A DNA stretch of 64,000 nt, taken from Alphaproteobacteria bacterium. Lineage in GTDB: Bacteria; Pseudomonadota; Alphaproteobacteria; MPNO01. The stretch is from assembly GCA_965248835.1 (NCBI GenBank), contig CBDFLJ010000001.1, positions 1,856,001-1,920,000 on the forward strand. Reading direction: 5' to 3'. Numbering within the stretch: the first letter of the stretch is position 1; every line of letters starts with the position of its first letter. Positions 1 to 9,590 of this stretch are shown piece by piece. Below the pieces are notes generated by a model, which was given only the letters and a program-made list of their open reading frames with translations, made no database searches and was not told the origin of the DNA. The translations under genes were made by a program, and so were the position numbers.

Positions 1-105
1 CTCGGCGTAGATCTGCCGGGTCATCAGGCGGATCAGGAAGGCGCGGTATTCGCCCGTCGCGCCTTCGGGGGTCTCGATTCTGGACTCGGCATTGATCACA
101 TTCAT
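1..105 (-). CDS. N-terminus of a PaaA/PaaC-like (ferritin-like diiron, phenylacetyl-CoA epoxidase family) protein; runs off the window edge
   Basis: Hand translation MNVINAESRIETPEGATGEYRAFLIRLMTRQIYAE with GGAG RBS upstream; resembles the PaaA N-terminal pattern IE....p..YR..LIR....q...E. Confidence 0.45.
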   Translation of the reverse strand, partial: MNVINAESRIETPEGATGEYRAFLIRLMTRQIYAE

Positions 106-177
106 CTTCGGCTCCGAAAACTTGAGTTTCGAACGAAATTAGCCACACCAACCGGGCTGTCAATCGGCATTGCCCGC

Positions 178-1410
178 TTACGCCGCAGCCGAGGACCGCG
201 GACGGCTGATCAGCACGTACCAGGACATCACCAGGACGGCGATGATCAGAATCGGCAGCGCGGACAGGTTCACCCATTCCCAGTTCAGGAAGTGGATCAG
301 TACGCCCGACGACAGCGATCCGAGCGCAACGAAGGCGTAGACGATGAAGTTGCACGCGCCTTGGGTCTTGGCGCGTTCGCCGGCGGTGTGGGCGTCGCCG
401 AGCAGCGAGGAGCCCGCGGTGAAGGCGAAGTTCCACCCCACGCCCAGGAACAGCATCGACAGCCAGAACTCGAACACCGCTTCGCCGCTGAGCGCGATCG
501 GCACGCAGATGATCTGGAGAGCGAAGCCGGCGAAGATGATCCGCACCTCGCCCCAGCGGCGGATCAGCTTGCCGGTGATGAAGCCCGGCGCGAACATGCC
601 CAGACTGTGCCACTGGATGACGAAAGCGGTCTGCGCGAAATGGTGCTCGGCGTGGTGCATCGCGATCGGCGCGGCGGTCATCAGGAGCGCCATCACCGTA
701 TGGCCGATGAGAATCGAGAACGTGGCGGCGATGAACACCGGTTGGGCCATGATGGTCAAAAGCGGACGGCGTTCGGCGGCCGCCTCGGCCTCCGTAAGGG
801 GCGGAATCTGCAGGAAGACCAGCACCAGCGCGGTGAGGATCGTCGTGCCGATGAGCAGCAGGTAGGCACCCAGGAAGCTCGCCGAAGCGAACCAGTCATG
901 CCCCCATTTGGCAAACTCCGCGCCGAGCACGGCCGCCGCCACGCCGCCGGCAATGACCAGTGATATCGCCGTGCTGCGGAACGCCCGGGGCGCCGCATCG
1001 GTCGCGGCGAACCGGTAGAACTGGGCGAAGCCCGAGAAAAAGCCGAACACCAGGTTGCCGAGGGTGAAGATCCAGAAATCGGCCTCGATGATCCCGATCG
1101 AACACAGGATGCCGGACATCAGGCCGATAAACGCACCGGTGAGGAAGCCCGCGCGCCGGCCAACCCGGCGCATGAACATCGATGCCGGCATCGAGGCGAG
1201 CGCGGTGCCGACGACGACAAGGGCTGCGGGCAGGGTCGCCAGGCCCTTGTAGTCGGCGATCGCATAGGCGATCAGCGGCGCGGTCGCGACGTTGAGCGTC
1301 CGGCCCGCGCCATAGAGCGTCTGGCAGACCGCCAGCACGACCACGTTGCGCTGATCGCGGTCGGTGAACGCCGTGCGGACGGCGCGAAGGAAAGCGGCTA
1401 CAGCGTTCAT
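178..1410 (-). CDS. MFS transporter
   Basis: 410 aa, about 12 hydrophobic helices, motif-A-like MRRVGRRAG, AQFYRFAA and GVGWNF motifs. Confidence 0.9.
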   Translation of the reverse strand: MNAVAAFLRAVRTAFTDRDQRNVVVLAVCQTLYGAGRTLNVATAPLIAYAIADYKGLATLPAALVVVGTALASMPASMFMRRVGRRAGFLTGAFIGLMSGILCSIGIIEADFWIFTLGNLVFGFFSGFAQFYRFAATDAAPRAFRSTAISLVIAGGVAAAVLGAEFAKWGHDWFASASFLGAYLLLIGTTILTALVLVFLQIPPLTEAEAAAERRPLLTIMAQPVFIAATFSILIGHTVMALLMTAAPIAMHHAEHHFAQTAFVIQWHSLGMFAPGFITGKLIRRWGEVRIIFAGFALQIICVPIALSGEAVFEFWLSMLFLGVGWNFAFTAGSSLLGDAHTAGERAKTQGACNFIVYAFVALGSLSSGVLIHFLNWEWVNLSALPILIIAVLVMSWYVLISRPRSSAAA

Positions 1411-1492
1411 GCCCGGTCTACGGTTGGAACAAAGGCGTGATTGCGCCCATCATAGCGGCCCGAAGGCGCGGGAATCCAATCAGGGGGAAGCC

Positions 1493-2902
1493 ATGTCCGA
1501 TCCGAGACAGGCAGCCGACAGGCTCATCGTCCATATCGACTGGCTGATCACCGTAGACGGGAGCAGGCGGATCGTCCGCGACGCCGCGATTGCGATCAGG
1601 GACGGCACGATCGCCGCGCTCGGCAAGACCCCAGCCATCGAGGCAGGTTGGCGGGCCGCGGACAGGCTCGATGCGGCCGGCATGGTCGGCACGCCGGGCC
1701 TGGTCGACAACCACCTGCATTCGTCCTTCCAGATGGCGCGCGGCCTGGCCGACGAGGCCAACGCCCAGTCCTTCCTGTTCGATCACATGTACCCCTATGA
1801 GGGCGCCATGACGTGCGAGGACGTCCATGTCAGCGCGTGCCTGACGGCGATGGAGATGCTGCGCCACGGCGTGACCTGCTTCATCGATCCGGGGAACTAC
1901 CACCCCGACGCCACGGTCGAGGCGGTCGGGGCCGCCGGCATGCGCATGGTGGTCTCGCGCTCGTCCTTCGATCGGACCAAGTCGGTGATGGGGATCCTGC
2001 CCGATGCGCTGATCGAGACCACCGAACAGTGCTTGGACCGCGCCGCGGCGCTGTTCGAGGCGCATGACGGCGCCCATGACGGCCGGGTCCGGGTCAGCGC
2101 CTCGTTCCGCGGTCTCAACAACGCCAGCGACGCGCTGATCGAGGGCTTGAAGGACTTGGCAGACCGCCACGACCGCCTGCTTCAGACGCATGCGTGTTTC
2201 AGCTACGCGACCCACGACGGATGCCTGGCCGCGTTCGGCGCCCCCGAGATCGAGCGGCTGGAGGCGCTTGGCGTGCTGGACGAGCGGATGCTGCTGGTCC
2301 ATTCCGGCTGGCTGGAGCCGCACGAGGTCGAGATCATCGCCCGCCGGCGCCCGTCCCTGGTCGCGGCCCCGTCTTCCAGCCTGCACAACGGCTACGGCAA
2401 CTTCGTGATGGGCAAGCTGCCCGAGCTCGCGGCATTGGGTGTCAACGTCGCCATCGGATCGGACCACGCGTGCTCGGGCATCACCGACATGGTCCAGGAG
2501 ATGCTGTTGCTCGCCGGCGGATATAAGGAGGTCCGGCTGAACCCCCGGGTCCTGCCGCCCGAGCAGGTCGTCGAGATGGCGACGATCAACGGGGCCATCG
2601 GCGCCCGGCTCGGCGATCGCATCGGCAGCCTGGAGGTCGGCAAGGAGGCCGACATCGTTCTGTTCGACACTACCTATCCCGAATGGCAGCCGCTCTACAA
2701 CCCGGTCTCCAACCTGGTCTATGCCGCGACGGGGAACTCGGTGGCCCATGTCTTCGTGGCCGGGGAGCAGGTGGTCCGCGACGGACGGCTGACCCGCCTG
2801 GACGAGGCGGAGATCCTGGCCGCGGTCGCCGCCACAGCCGAGCGCATCGCCGGCCGGCTGGACATGGGCCGCATCCTCAAGCTCGCCTGGCCGGTGGAAT
2901 AG
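1493..2902 (+). CDS. Metal-dependent amidohydrolase (AtzA/MTA-SAH deaminase-like fold), atypical active site
   Basis: PGLVDNHLH, GVTCFID, LVHSGW, GSDH, GSLEVGKEADIV; ATG at 1493 after a GGGGGAAG RBS. Confidence 0.88.
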   Translation: MSDPRQAADRLIVHIDWLITVDGSRRIVRDAAIAIRDGTIAALGKTPAIEAGWRAADRLDAAGMVGTPGLVDNHLHSSFQMARGLADEANAQSFLFDHMYPYEGAMTCEDVHVSACLTAMEMLRHGVTCFIDPGNYHPDATVEAVGAAGMRMVVSRSSFDRTKSVMGILPDALIETTEQCLDRAAALFEAHDGAHDGRVRVSASFRGLNNASDALIEGLKDLADRHDRLLQTHACFSYATHDGCLAAFGAPEIERLEALGVLDERMLLVHSGWLEPHEVEIIARRRPSLVAAPSSSLHNGYGNFVMGKLPELAALGVNVAIGSDHACSGITDMVQEMLLLAGGYKEVRLNPRVLPPEQVVEMATINGAIGARLGDRIGSLEVGKEADIVLFDTTYPEWQPLYNPVSNLVYAATGNSVAHVFVAGEQVVRDGRLTRLDEAEILAAVAATAERIAGRLDMGRILKLAWPVE

Positions 2903-2908
2903 CACATT

Positions 2909-3013
2909 GTCGGTTCAACAGGAGCGGGGGTCGGTTCAACAGGAGCGGGGGTCGGTTCAACAGGAGCGGGGGTCGGTTCAACAGGAGCCGGGGTCGGTTC
3001 AACAGGAGCGGGG
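2909..3013. repeat. Tandem repeat, 5 x 21 bp (GTCGGTTCAACAGGAGCGGGG), between convergent genes
   Basis: Copies start at 2909, 2930, 2951, 2972 and 2993; one substitution in copy 4; no spacers. Confidence 0.95.
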
Positions 3014-3024
3014 CGGGCTCAGGT

Positions 3025-3981
3025 TCAGGTCGACGGCGGCACGTCCTGGGCGACGCCGCGCAGCTCGGCATGCAGGACGACATCTTCATTGCGCGGGGTG
3101 ATGCCGAGCAGCCTTGCCGGGTTGCGGATGGCCATGGTGGCGATGGCCTCGAGATCCAGGCCCTTCTCGTGCAGGATTTGTGCGAAGGTGCGGAACATGT
3201 CCGGCGTCTTGGGGCTGAACGGCTGGCCGGAATCGGTGGCGATGATCGAATTGGCCGGTCCCACGGCATCGATCGCCTCTTTCATCTGATCGGAGGTGAC
3301 CGACTGGAACATCGGCATGCAGTTGACCGCGCAGTACTCCATCATGCAGCCTTCCTTCGCCAGCGCGATCTGGACGTCGATCGGCAGGTTCGGGCACTGC
3401 ATCTCCGGATGTGTGACGATGATCCGCTGGTGGCCCTTGCCGATGGCGTAATCGACCAGGGCGTGGATCTCCTCGGCGCTCATGTGGCCGGTCGCCAGCA
3501 CCGCATCGTAACCGGCGATCACGTCGATCACGTCCTTGGCCGCCGCGGTCAGCCGGCCGCCGTCGAGGACGGTGTAGGTCGGTTCCGCCTTCAACGTCGC
3601 GCGGTTGGTGTAGCTGCCCGCCCCGATCGCTCCGAACGCGCCCGGCGCGCCGAACACCCGGACGTGGTTCCGGGCGTCGATGGTCGGCATCCAGACCACC
3701 CTGGCGTCCTGGCGCAGCGCCTGCTCGACCGCGGCCGGGTTGATCCCGCCGACGCCCCGGTTCAGCGCGATCCCGGCATGGACCTCCAGGTCTGGGATCT
3801 CCTTCCTGGCGTGATAGACCTTGGTGACTGTCGCCTCGAAATGGCTCTTGACCACGATCGCGGACATCTTGGCCTCGCGGCACCAGCGCGCGACGTCGAT
3901 GGTATCGCCGATCCGCCGGAACGGCGCCGGCCCGGTGTGGACATGGGTATCGATGAACCCCTCGACCGAGATGATGGTCAT
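3025..3981 (-). CDS. DUF6282-like TIM-barrel metallohydrolase
   Basis: IDTHVHTGP, VKSHF, GGINPAAVE, VVWMPT, LATGH, THPE, ATDSGQ, NPARLLG pattern. Confidence 0.8.
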   Translation of the reverse strand: MTIISVEGFIDTHVHTGPAPFRRIGDTIDVARWCREAKMSAIVVKSHFEATVTKVYHARKEIPDLEVHAGIALNRGVGGINPAAVEQALRQDARVVWMPTIDARNHVRVFGAPGAFGAIGAGSYTNRATLKAEPTYTVLDGGRLTAAAKDVIDVIAGYDAVLATGHMSAEEIHALVDYAIGKGHQRIIVTHPEMQCPNLPIDVQIALAKEGCMMEYCAVNCMPMFQSVTSDQMKEAIDAVGPANSIIATDSGQPFSPKTPDMFRTFAQILHEKGLDLEAIATMAIRNPARLLGITPRNEDVVLHAELRGVAQDVPPST

Positions 3982-4011
3982 CGGTGCCGCCCTCCCCAAT
4001 CCGTGCGCACG

Positions 4012-4725
4012 CTAATGCCTGTTCGGAACATGCCAGGCGCCGAGGCAGTGCTCGGCCAGGACCGGCGCATGGCGCCACGGCTCGGCGCCGGTCGCGATCC
4101 GCGGCACGCCGATGATCTTCGCACCGGGCAGGAAATCGCCCAGCGTGTCCGTGGTCGCTTCCAGACCGGCGCTTTGCGCCGACTCGCTGACGACGACGGC
4201 CGCCAGCCCGATCCCGCGCCCCGCGAGCATCGCGGCCGCGCTCAAGGCGTGGCTCAAGGCGCCCAGATAGCTGCCGACGACGAGCACCGCCGGAATCGCC
4301 AGCGCCTCGATCCAGTCGAGCACCGTCCGGCGGCGGGTCAGCGGCACCATGACGCCGCCGATCCCCTCGATCACCAGCATCTGTTCGGCCGCGCGCGCCT
4401 CGGCGATCGCGCCCCGGCAGAACCGGCATAGCGCCGCGAAGTCGATCCGGCGGCCCTCGGCCTCGGCGGCGAGGTGCGGCGAAACCGGCGCGGCGAACCG
4501 CCAGGGAGAGATCCCGGCGATCGTCGCCTCGGTGATATCGGCGCCTTGCGCGGCCAACAGGACCGCGGCGTCGCATTCCTCGACGGCGCGAAGATCGAAC
4601 CCGCTCATCACCGGCTTCAGCGTCCTCGGCGCGCCCCCTGCCGCGCGGATCTGATCGGCGATAGCCGCGGCAACGAGCGTTTTGCCGACCCCGGTCCCCG
4701 AAGAGGTGATGAACACCGCGCTCAC
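4012..4725 (-). CDS. bioD: Dethiobiotin synthase
   Basis: FITSSGTGVGKT P-loop, LKPVMSG, SPHLAA, IEGIGGVMVPL, GSYLGALSH; GTG start at 4725. Confidence 0.92.
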   Translation of the reverse strand: MSAVFITSSGTGVGKTLVAAAIADQIRAAGGAPRTLKPVMSGFDLRAVEECDAAVLLAAQGADITEATIAGISPWRFAAPVSPHLAAEAEGRRIDFAALCRFCRGAIAEARAAEQMLVIEGIGGVMVPLTRRRTVLDWIEALAIPAVLVVGSYLGALSHALSAAAMLAGRGIGLAAVVVSESAQSAGLEATTDTLGDFLPGAKIIGVPRIATGAEPWRHAPVLAEHCLGAWHVPNRH

Positions 4726-4750
4726 GCCGACCCCCGCGACAATGGGAGCA

Positions 4751-4785
4751 GGCCCGGCCAAGCCAACCCAAGCCAAGCCAAGCCC
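4751..4785. repeat. Degenerate pentamer microsatellite (AGCCA)-like x7
   Basis: ggccc ggcca agcca accca agcca agcca agccc. Confidence 0.6.
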
Positions 4786-4787
4786 GC

Positions 4788-4970
4788 TCAGCCCGCAGCA
4801 AAGACGCTTCGCGCGCCGTTGTCCAGGAGCTTGCGGAAATAGGCGACCGTCTCCTGGAGCCCTTCCCTCGGCGCGACGGTCAGGCGCCGGTCGAACGCGT
4901 TTTGCGCCGCGGTGATGTCCGGACACCCCCGTCGAATGAGCCTCGGCTGGGCCGGCTTGTGCGGGACATG
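4788..4970 (-). pseudogene. C-terminal relic of a nucleotide-sugar SDR (UDP-glucuronate decarboxylase-like)
   Basis: Translates ...HKPAQPRLIRRGCPDITAAQNAFDRRLTVAPREGLQETVAYFRKLL...*; matches the rCPDIt.A...l.w.p.v.l.EGL..T.AYFR tail; no N-terminal part. Confidence 0.6.
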
Positions 4971-5021
4971 CTCCGGGAGTCGAAGCGATTCTGATCGGTG
5001 GTCCGTCGGGACGGCGCCCGC

Positions 5022-8000
5022 TCAAGCCGTCCGTTCGGCCTCCGCATCGGCGATCACCGCGTGGTCGTAGCGCTGCACCATCTCGTTGGGTATGACCTGC
5101 CAGAAACGGGGCGCTTCGCGGTCCCAGTTGATCAGCAGCCGCTCGGCGAAGCGCGACTGGGTCTCACGGACATGCTCCTCGATCAGAGCCTTGAGCACCC
5201 CCTCCCAATGGGCAATCTGGATGCGCTGGTAGAATACGGTATCGTCATTGACCCGCGAGGCGAAGGTCTCCGCGGCGTCGTAGACGAAGGCCATGCCGCC
5301 GGTCATCCCGGCGGCGAAATTATCGCCGACCGCGCCCAGGACCACGGCGGTCCCGTTGGTCATGTACTCGCAGCCGTTTGAGCCGCAGCCCTCCACGACC
5401 GCCGTCGCGCCCGAATTGCGCACCGCGAACCGCTCGCCCGCCTGGCCGGCGGCGAACAGCTTGCCGGCGGTGGCGCCGTAGAGGACGGTGTTGCCGATGA
5501 TCGTGTTCTCGTTGGAGTTCATCGGGCTCGCGGTCGCCAGCCGGACGACGATCGTGCCGCCCGACAGGCCCTTGCCGACATAATCGTTGGCGTCGCCGAA
5601 CACCTCGAGCTTCAGGCCCTGGACGGCGAACGCACCCAGGCTCTGGCCGGCCGAGCCCCTGAGCCGGACGGTGATATGACCGGGCTGGAGGCCGGCCATG
5701 CCATAGCGCCTTGTGATCATGGCGCTGAACTTCGTGCCGATGGCGCGGTGGGTGTTCCGGATGTTGTAGGCGAGCTGCATCTTCTCGCCGAGCTCGAGCG
5801 CCGGTGCCGCATCCTGGATCATCTGCGCATCGAGCGTGTCGGGGACCTCGTTGCGGCCTTCCAGCGTGCAGAAATGGGGATGATCGCCGGGATCGGCCTG
5901 GACCAGCATCGGGTTGAAGTCCAGATCGTCGAGATGGGCGCTGCCGCGGCCGACCTGGCCCAGCAGCTCGGTCCGCCCGATGATCTCGGTCAGCCGGCGC
6001 GCGCCCAGCGAAGCCAAGATCTCGCGGATTTCCTCGGCGACGAAGCTGAACAGGTTGACCACCTTCTCGGGCGTTCCGGAGAACTTCTCGCGCAGCCGCG
6101 GGTCCTGGGTGCACACCCCCACCGGGCAGGTGTTGGAGTGGCACTGCCGCACCATGATGCAGCCCATCGCCACCAGAGAAGCGGTGCCGATGCCGAACTC
6201 CTCGGCGCCCAGCAGTGCGGCGATCGCCACGTCGCGGCCGGTCTTGATGCCGCCGTCGACGCGCAGCACCACGCGGTGGCGGAGCTGGTTCAGCGTCAGC
6301 ACCTGGTTGACTTCCGACAGGCCCATCTCCCAGGGAAGGCCGGCATACTTGATCGAGGATTGCGGGCTCGCGCCGGTGCCGCCGGAATGGCCCGAGACCA
6401 GGATCACGTCGGCCCTGGCCTTGGCGACGCCCGCCGCGATCGTGCCGATGCCGCTTTGGGAGACCAGCTTCACGCAGACCTTGGCATCGGGGTTGATCTG
6501 CTTGAGGTCGTAGATGAGCTGCGCCAGGTCCTCGATCGAATAGATGTCGTGATGGGGCGGCGGCGAGATCAGGGTCACGCCCGGCGTGGCGTGGCGCAGC
6601 CTGGCGATCATCTCGGAGACCTTGATGCCGGGTAGCTGGCCGCCCTCGCCGGGCTTTGCGCCCTGGGCGATCTTGATCTCGATCTCGCGGCAGTTGTTGA
6701 GGTATTCCGCCGTCACGCCGAACCGGCCCGAGGCGACCTGCTTGATTGCCGAACTCGCGTTATCGCCGTTGGGTCGGGGGTGGTAGCGCTCGGGGTCCTC
6801 GCCGCCCTCGCCGGAGTCCGACTTGGCGCCGATCCGGTTCATCGCGATCGACAGGGTCTCGTGCGCTTCGGGGCTCAACGCGCCGAGCGAGATGCCGGGG
6901 GCGACCAGCCGCTTGCGGATCTCGGTGATCGATTCGACCTCCTCGATCGGCACCGGGTCGGCCTTGGGCGAGAACTCCATCAGGTCGCGCAGGTTGATCG
7001 GCGGCGCGCTGCGCACGCCCTCGAGGTACTTGCGGTAGGTCGCAAACGAGTCGGTGGCCACCGCGCTCTGCAGGGTGTGGATCTGCCGGCCCTCGAAGGC
7101 GTGGCTCTCGCCGTTCTGGCGGAAGCGGTACAGCCCGCCGACCGGCAGGGCCGCCACCTCCCGGTCGAAGGCGCGCTCGTGCAGTTCGAGCACCTTGCGG
7201 CGGATCCCGTGCAGTCCGATGCCCGAGATCCTGGAGGTCATGCCCGGAAAATAGCTGGTCACCAGCCAGCGGCTGAGGCCGACCGCCTCGAACTTGTAGG
7301 CGCCGCGATAGGACGACAGGATCGAGATGCCCATCTTGGACATCACCTTGAGAATGCCCTGGTCGATCGCGGTCTTGTAGCGGGCGATGCAGTCCTCCAG
7401 CGTCATGTTGCCGAACAGCCCGCGGCGGTGGCGGTCGGCGATCGTATCCTGGGCGAGATAGGCGTTGACCGTCGTCCCGCCCACGCCGATCAGGACGGCG
7501 AAGTAGTGGACGTCCATGCACTCGGCGGATTCGACGTTGATCGAGGTGAAGGTGCGCAGCGACTGGGCTACGAGGTGGCTGTGGACTCCGCCGACCGCCA
7601 GGATCATCGGGATCGCCGCGCGGTCGGGCCCGATATCGCGGTCGGTGAGGATCAGGTGGACCGCCCCGCCGCGGACCGCGTCCTCGGCCTGGCGCTGGAT
7701 GCGGTGCATCGCGCGGCGCAGCGCCAGTTCGTCATCGTTGTTGCGGAACGTGCAGTTGATCACCGCCGCGGTCTCGCCCAGATACGCGCTGAGCGCAGCG
7801 AACGCGGCGTTGGTGAGCACCGGCGATTCGAGCTGCAGGAGCCGCATCTGGCTCTCGTTCCGCTCCAGGATATTGCCGAGATTGCCCAGTCTGGTCCGCA
7901 GGCTCATGACCCGGTATTCGCGCAAGGAGTCGATCGGCGGGTTGGTGACCTGGCTGAACGACTGGCGGAAGAAGTGGTGCAGGCCGCGATACTGATCCGA

Positions 8001-9590
8001 CAGCACCGCGAGCGGCGTGTCGTCGCCCATCGAGCCCACCGCCTCCTTGGCCTCCACGACCATCGGGTGGAGCAACAGCTCGACCTCTTCCAGCGAATAG
8101 CCGGCGGCGATCTGGCGGCGGCGCAGCGCCTCTGCGGTAAGACCGACGCGGACGGGCTCACTGGTCCCGATCAGGCTGTCGAGCTGGGTGAGGTTGCCGA
8201 ACCACTCGGCAAACGGCTCCTCGGCGGCAAGCTTCTTCTTGACGTCGGCGTCGTGATAGAGCGCGCCCTCGTCGAGGTCGACGGCCAGTATCTCGCCGGG
8301 ACCGAGCCGGCCCTTCTCGACGATCCGGGATTCCGGGCAATGGACCATCCCGGTCTCCGAGCCGACGATCAACAGCCCGTTGTCCAGGATCGAATAGCGC
8401 ATCGGCCGCAGCCCGTTGCGGTCCATCGCCGCGATCACCCAGCGTCCGTCGGTCCCGGTGATCGCGGCCGGTCCGTCCCACGGCTCCATGACGCAGTTGA
8501 GGTAGCTGAACAACGCCTTGATCTCGGGGTCGATGTCGGCCTTCTGCGACCACGCCGCGGGGATCATCATGCAGCTCGCGAACGGCGCGGACCGACCCGC
8601 CCGGCAAAGCAGCTCGAAGACGTTGTCGAGCGCCGAGGAGTCCGAGCCGCCCGGCTCGATTACCGGCTTGAGGTGATCGACATGGCGGCCGAAGACCTCC
8701 GCATCCATCCTGGTCTCGTGGCTCTTCATCCAGTTGACGTTGCCCGACAAGGTGTTGATCTCGCCGTTATGGGCAAGCATCCGGAACGGCTGGGCGAGCC
8801 GCCAGGTGGGGAAGGTGTTGGTCGAATAGCGCTGGTGGTAGATGGCGAAGCGGGAAACGAAGCGCTCGTCCAGCAGGTCGGGATAGAAGGCGGTGAGCTG
8901 CTCGGCCAGGAACATGCCCTTGTAGATCACCGAGCGCGAGGACAGCGAGCACAGATAGAAGCCGTTGATGTTCTCGGCGCGCGCCTGGTTCTCGATCAGC
9001 CGGCGGATGACGTAGAGATCGGCCTCGAACCTGTCGCCGGAAACCTCGGGGGCGCCGGCGATCATGATCTGCTCGATCTCCGGGCGCGTCGCGTTCGCCT
9101 TCTCGCCGATCACGTCGACATCGATCGGCACCTGGCGCCAGCCGTAGATCTGATAGCCGAACTTGAGGATCTCGGATTCGACGATGCAGCGGCAGCGTTC
9201 CTGGCCGGCGAGATCGGTGCGCGGCAGGAACACCATGCCGACGGCGATCGGGCCGTCGCCGGCGCTGTGGCCGGTGCGACGGATATGCTCTTTGAAGAAG
9301 TCCTGCGGGATCTCGACATGGATGCCGGCGCCGTCGCCGGTCTTGCCGTCGGCATCGACTGCGCCGCGGTGCCAGACCGCCTTCAGCGCCTGGATCCCGG
9401 CCTCGACCACTTCGCGGCTGGCAACGCCGTCGATGGCGGCCACCAGGCCGACGCCGCACGCCTCGTGCTCATGGGCCGGATCGTAGAGCCCGTCCGCGGC
9501 CAGCCGCCGCGCCTCGCGCTGCCAGCGCGCGACGAACCTGGCGCCGTCGTCGTGTCGATCCGGGTTCTCTGGGCTCGCCATCGCGCTCAC
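5022..9590 (-). CDS. gltB: Glutamate synthase large subunit
   Basis: 1522 aa; EACGVG, HQRYSTNT, AHNGEINT, QGAKPGEGGQL, 3Fe-4S CIMVRQCHSNTC, GXGXG C-terminal repeats. Confidence 0.99.
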   Translation of the reverse strand: MSAMASPENPDRHDDGARFVARWQREARRLAADGLYDPAHEHEACGVGLVAAIDGVASREVVEAGIQALKAVWHRGAVDADGKTGDGAGIHVEIPQDFFKEHIRRTGHSAGDGPIAVGMVFLPRTDLAGQERCRCIVESEILKFGYQIYGWRQVPIDVDVIGEKANATRPEIEQIMIAGAPEVSGDRFEADLYVIRRLIENQARAENINGFYLCSLSSRSVIYKGMFLAEQLTAFYPDLLDERFVSRFAIYHQRYSTNTFPTWRLAQPFRMLAHNGEINTLSGNVNWMKSHETRMDAEVFGRHVDHLKPVIEPGGSDSSALDNVFELLCRAGRSAPFASCMMIPAAWSQKADIDPEIKALFSYLNCVMEPWDGPAAITGTDGRWVIAAMDRNGLRPMRYSILDNGLLIVGSETGMVHCPESRIVEKGRLGPGEILAVDLDEGALYHDADVKKKLAAEEPFAEWFGNLTQLDSLIGTSEPVRVGLTAEALRRRQIAAGYSLEEVELLLHPMVVEAKEAVGSMGDDTPLAVLSDQYRGLHHFFRQSFSQVTNPPIDSLREYRVMSLRTRLGNLGNILERNESQMRLLQLESPVLTNAAFAALSAYLGETAAVINCTFRNNDDELALRRAMHRIQRQAEDAVRGGAVHLILTDRDIGPDRAAIPMILAVGGVHSHLVAQSLRTFTSINVESAECMDVHYFAVLIGVGGTTVNAYLAQDTIADRHRRGLFGNMTLEDCIARYKTAIDQGILKVMSKMGISILSSYRGAYKFEAVGLSRWLVTSYFPGMTSRISGIGLHGIRRKVLELHERAFDREVAALPVGGLYRFRQNGESHAFEGRQIHTLQSAVATDSFATYRKYLEGVRSAPPINLRDLMEFSPKADPVPIEEVESITEIRKRLVAPGISLGALSPEAHETLSIAMNRIGAKSDSGEGGEDPERYHPRPNGDNASSAIKQVASGRFGVTAEYLNNCREIEIKIAQGAKPGEGGQLPGIKVSEMIARLRHATPGVTLISPPPHHDIYSIEDLAQLIYDLKQINPDAKVCVKLVSQSGIGTIAAGVAKARADVILVSGHSGGTGASPQSSIKYAGLPWEMGLSEVNQVLTLNQLRHRVVLRVDGGIKTGRDVAIAALLGAEEFGIGTASLVAMGCIMVRQCHSNTCPVGVCTQDPRLREKFSGTPEKVVNLFSFVAEEIREILASLGARRLTEIIGRTELLGQVGRGSAHLDDLDFNPMLVQADPGDHPHFCTLEGRNEVPDTLDAQMIQDAAPALELGEKMQLAYNIRNTHRAIGTKFSAMITRRYGMAGLQPGHITVRLRGSAGQSLGAFAVQGLKLEVFGDANDYVGKGLSGGTIVVRLATASPMNSNENTIIGNTVLYGATAGKLFAAGQAGERFAVRNSGATAVVEGCGSNGCEYMTNGTAVVLGAVGDNFAAGMTGGMAFVYDAAETFASRVNDDTVFYQRIQIAHWEGVLKALIEEHVRETQSRFAERLLINWDREAPRFWQVIPNEMVQRYDHAVIADAEAERTA

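Noticed and set aside
2909-3013. CRISPR array
   Set aside because: Units are contiguous with no spacers, and no cas genes are in the window.
2907-3101. ORF encoding SVQQERG repeats
   Set aside because: By-product of the DNA repeat: no RBS, and it overlaps the convergent gene.
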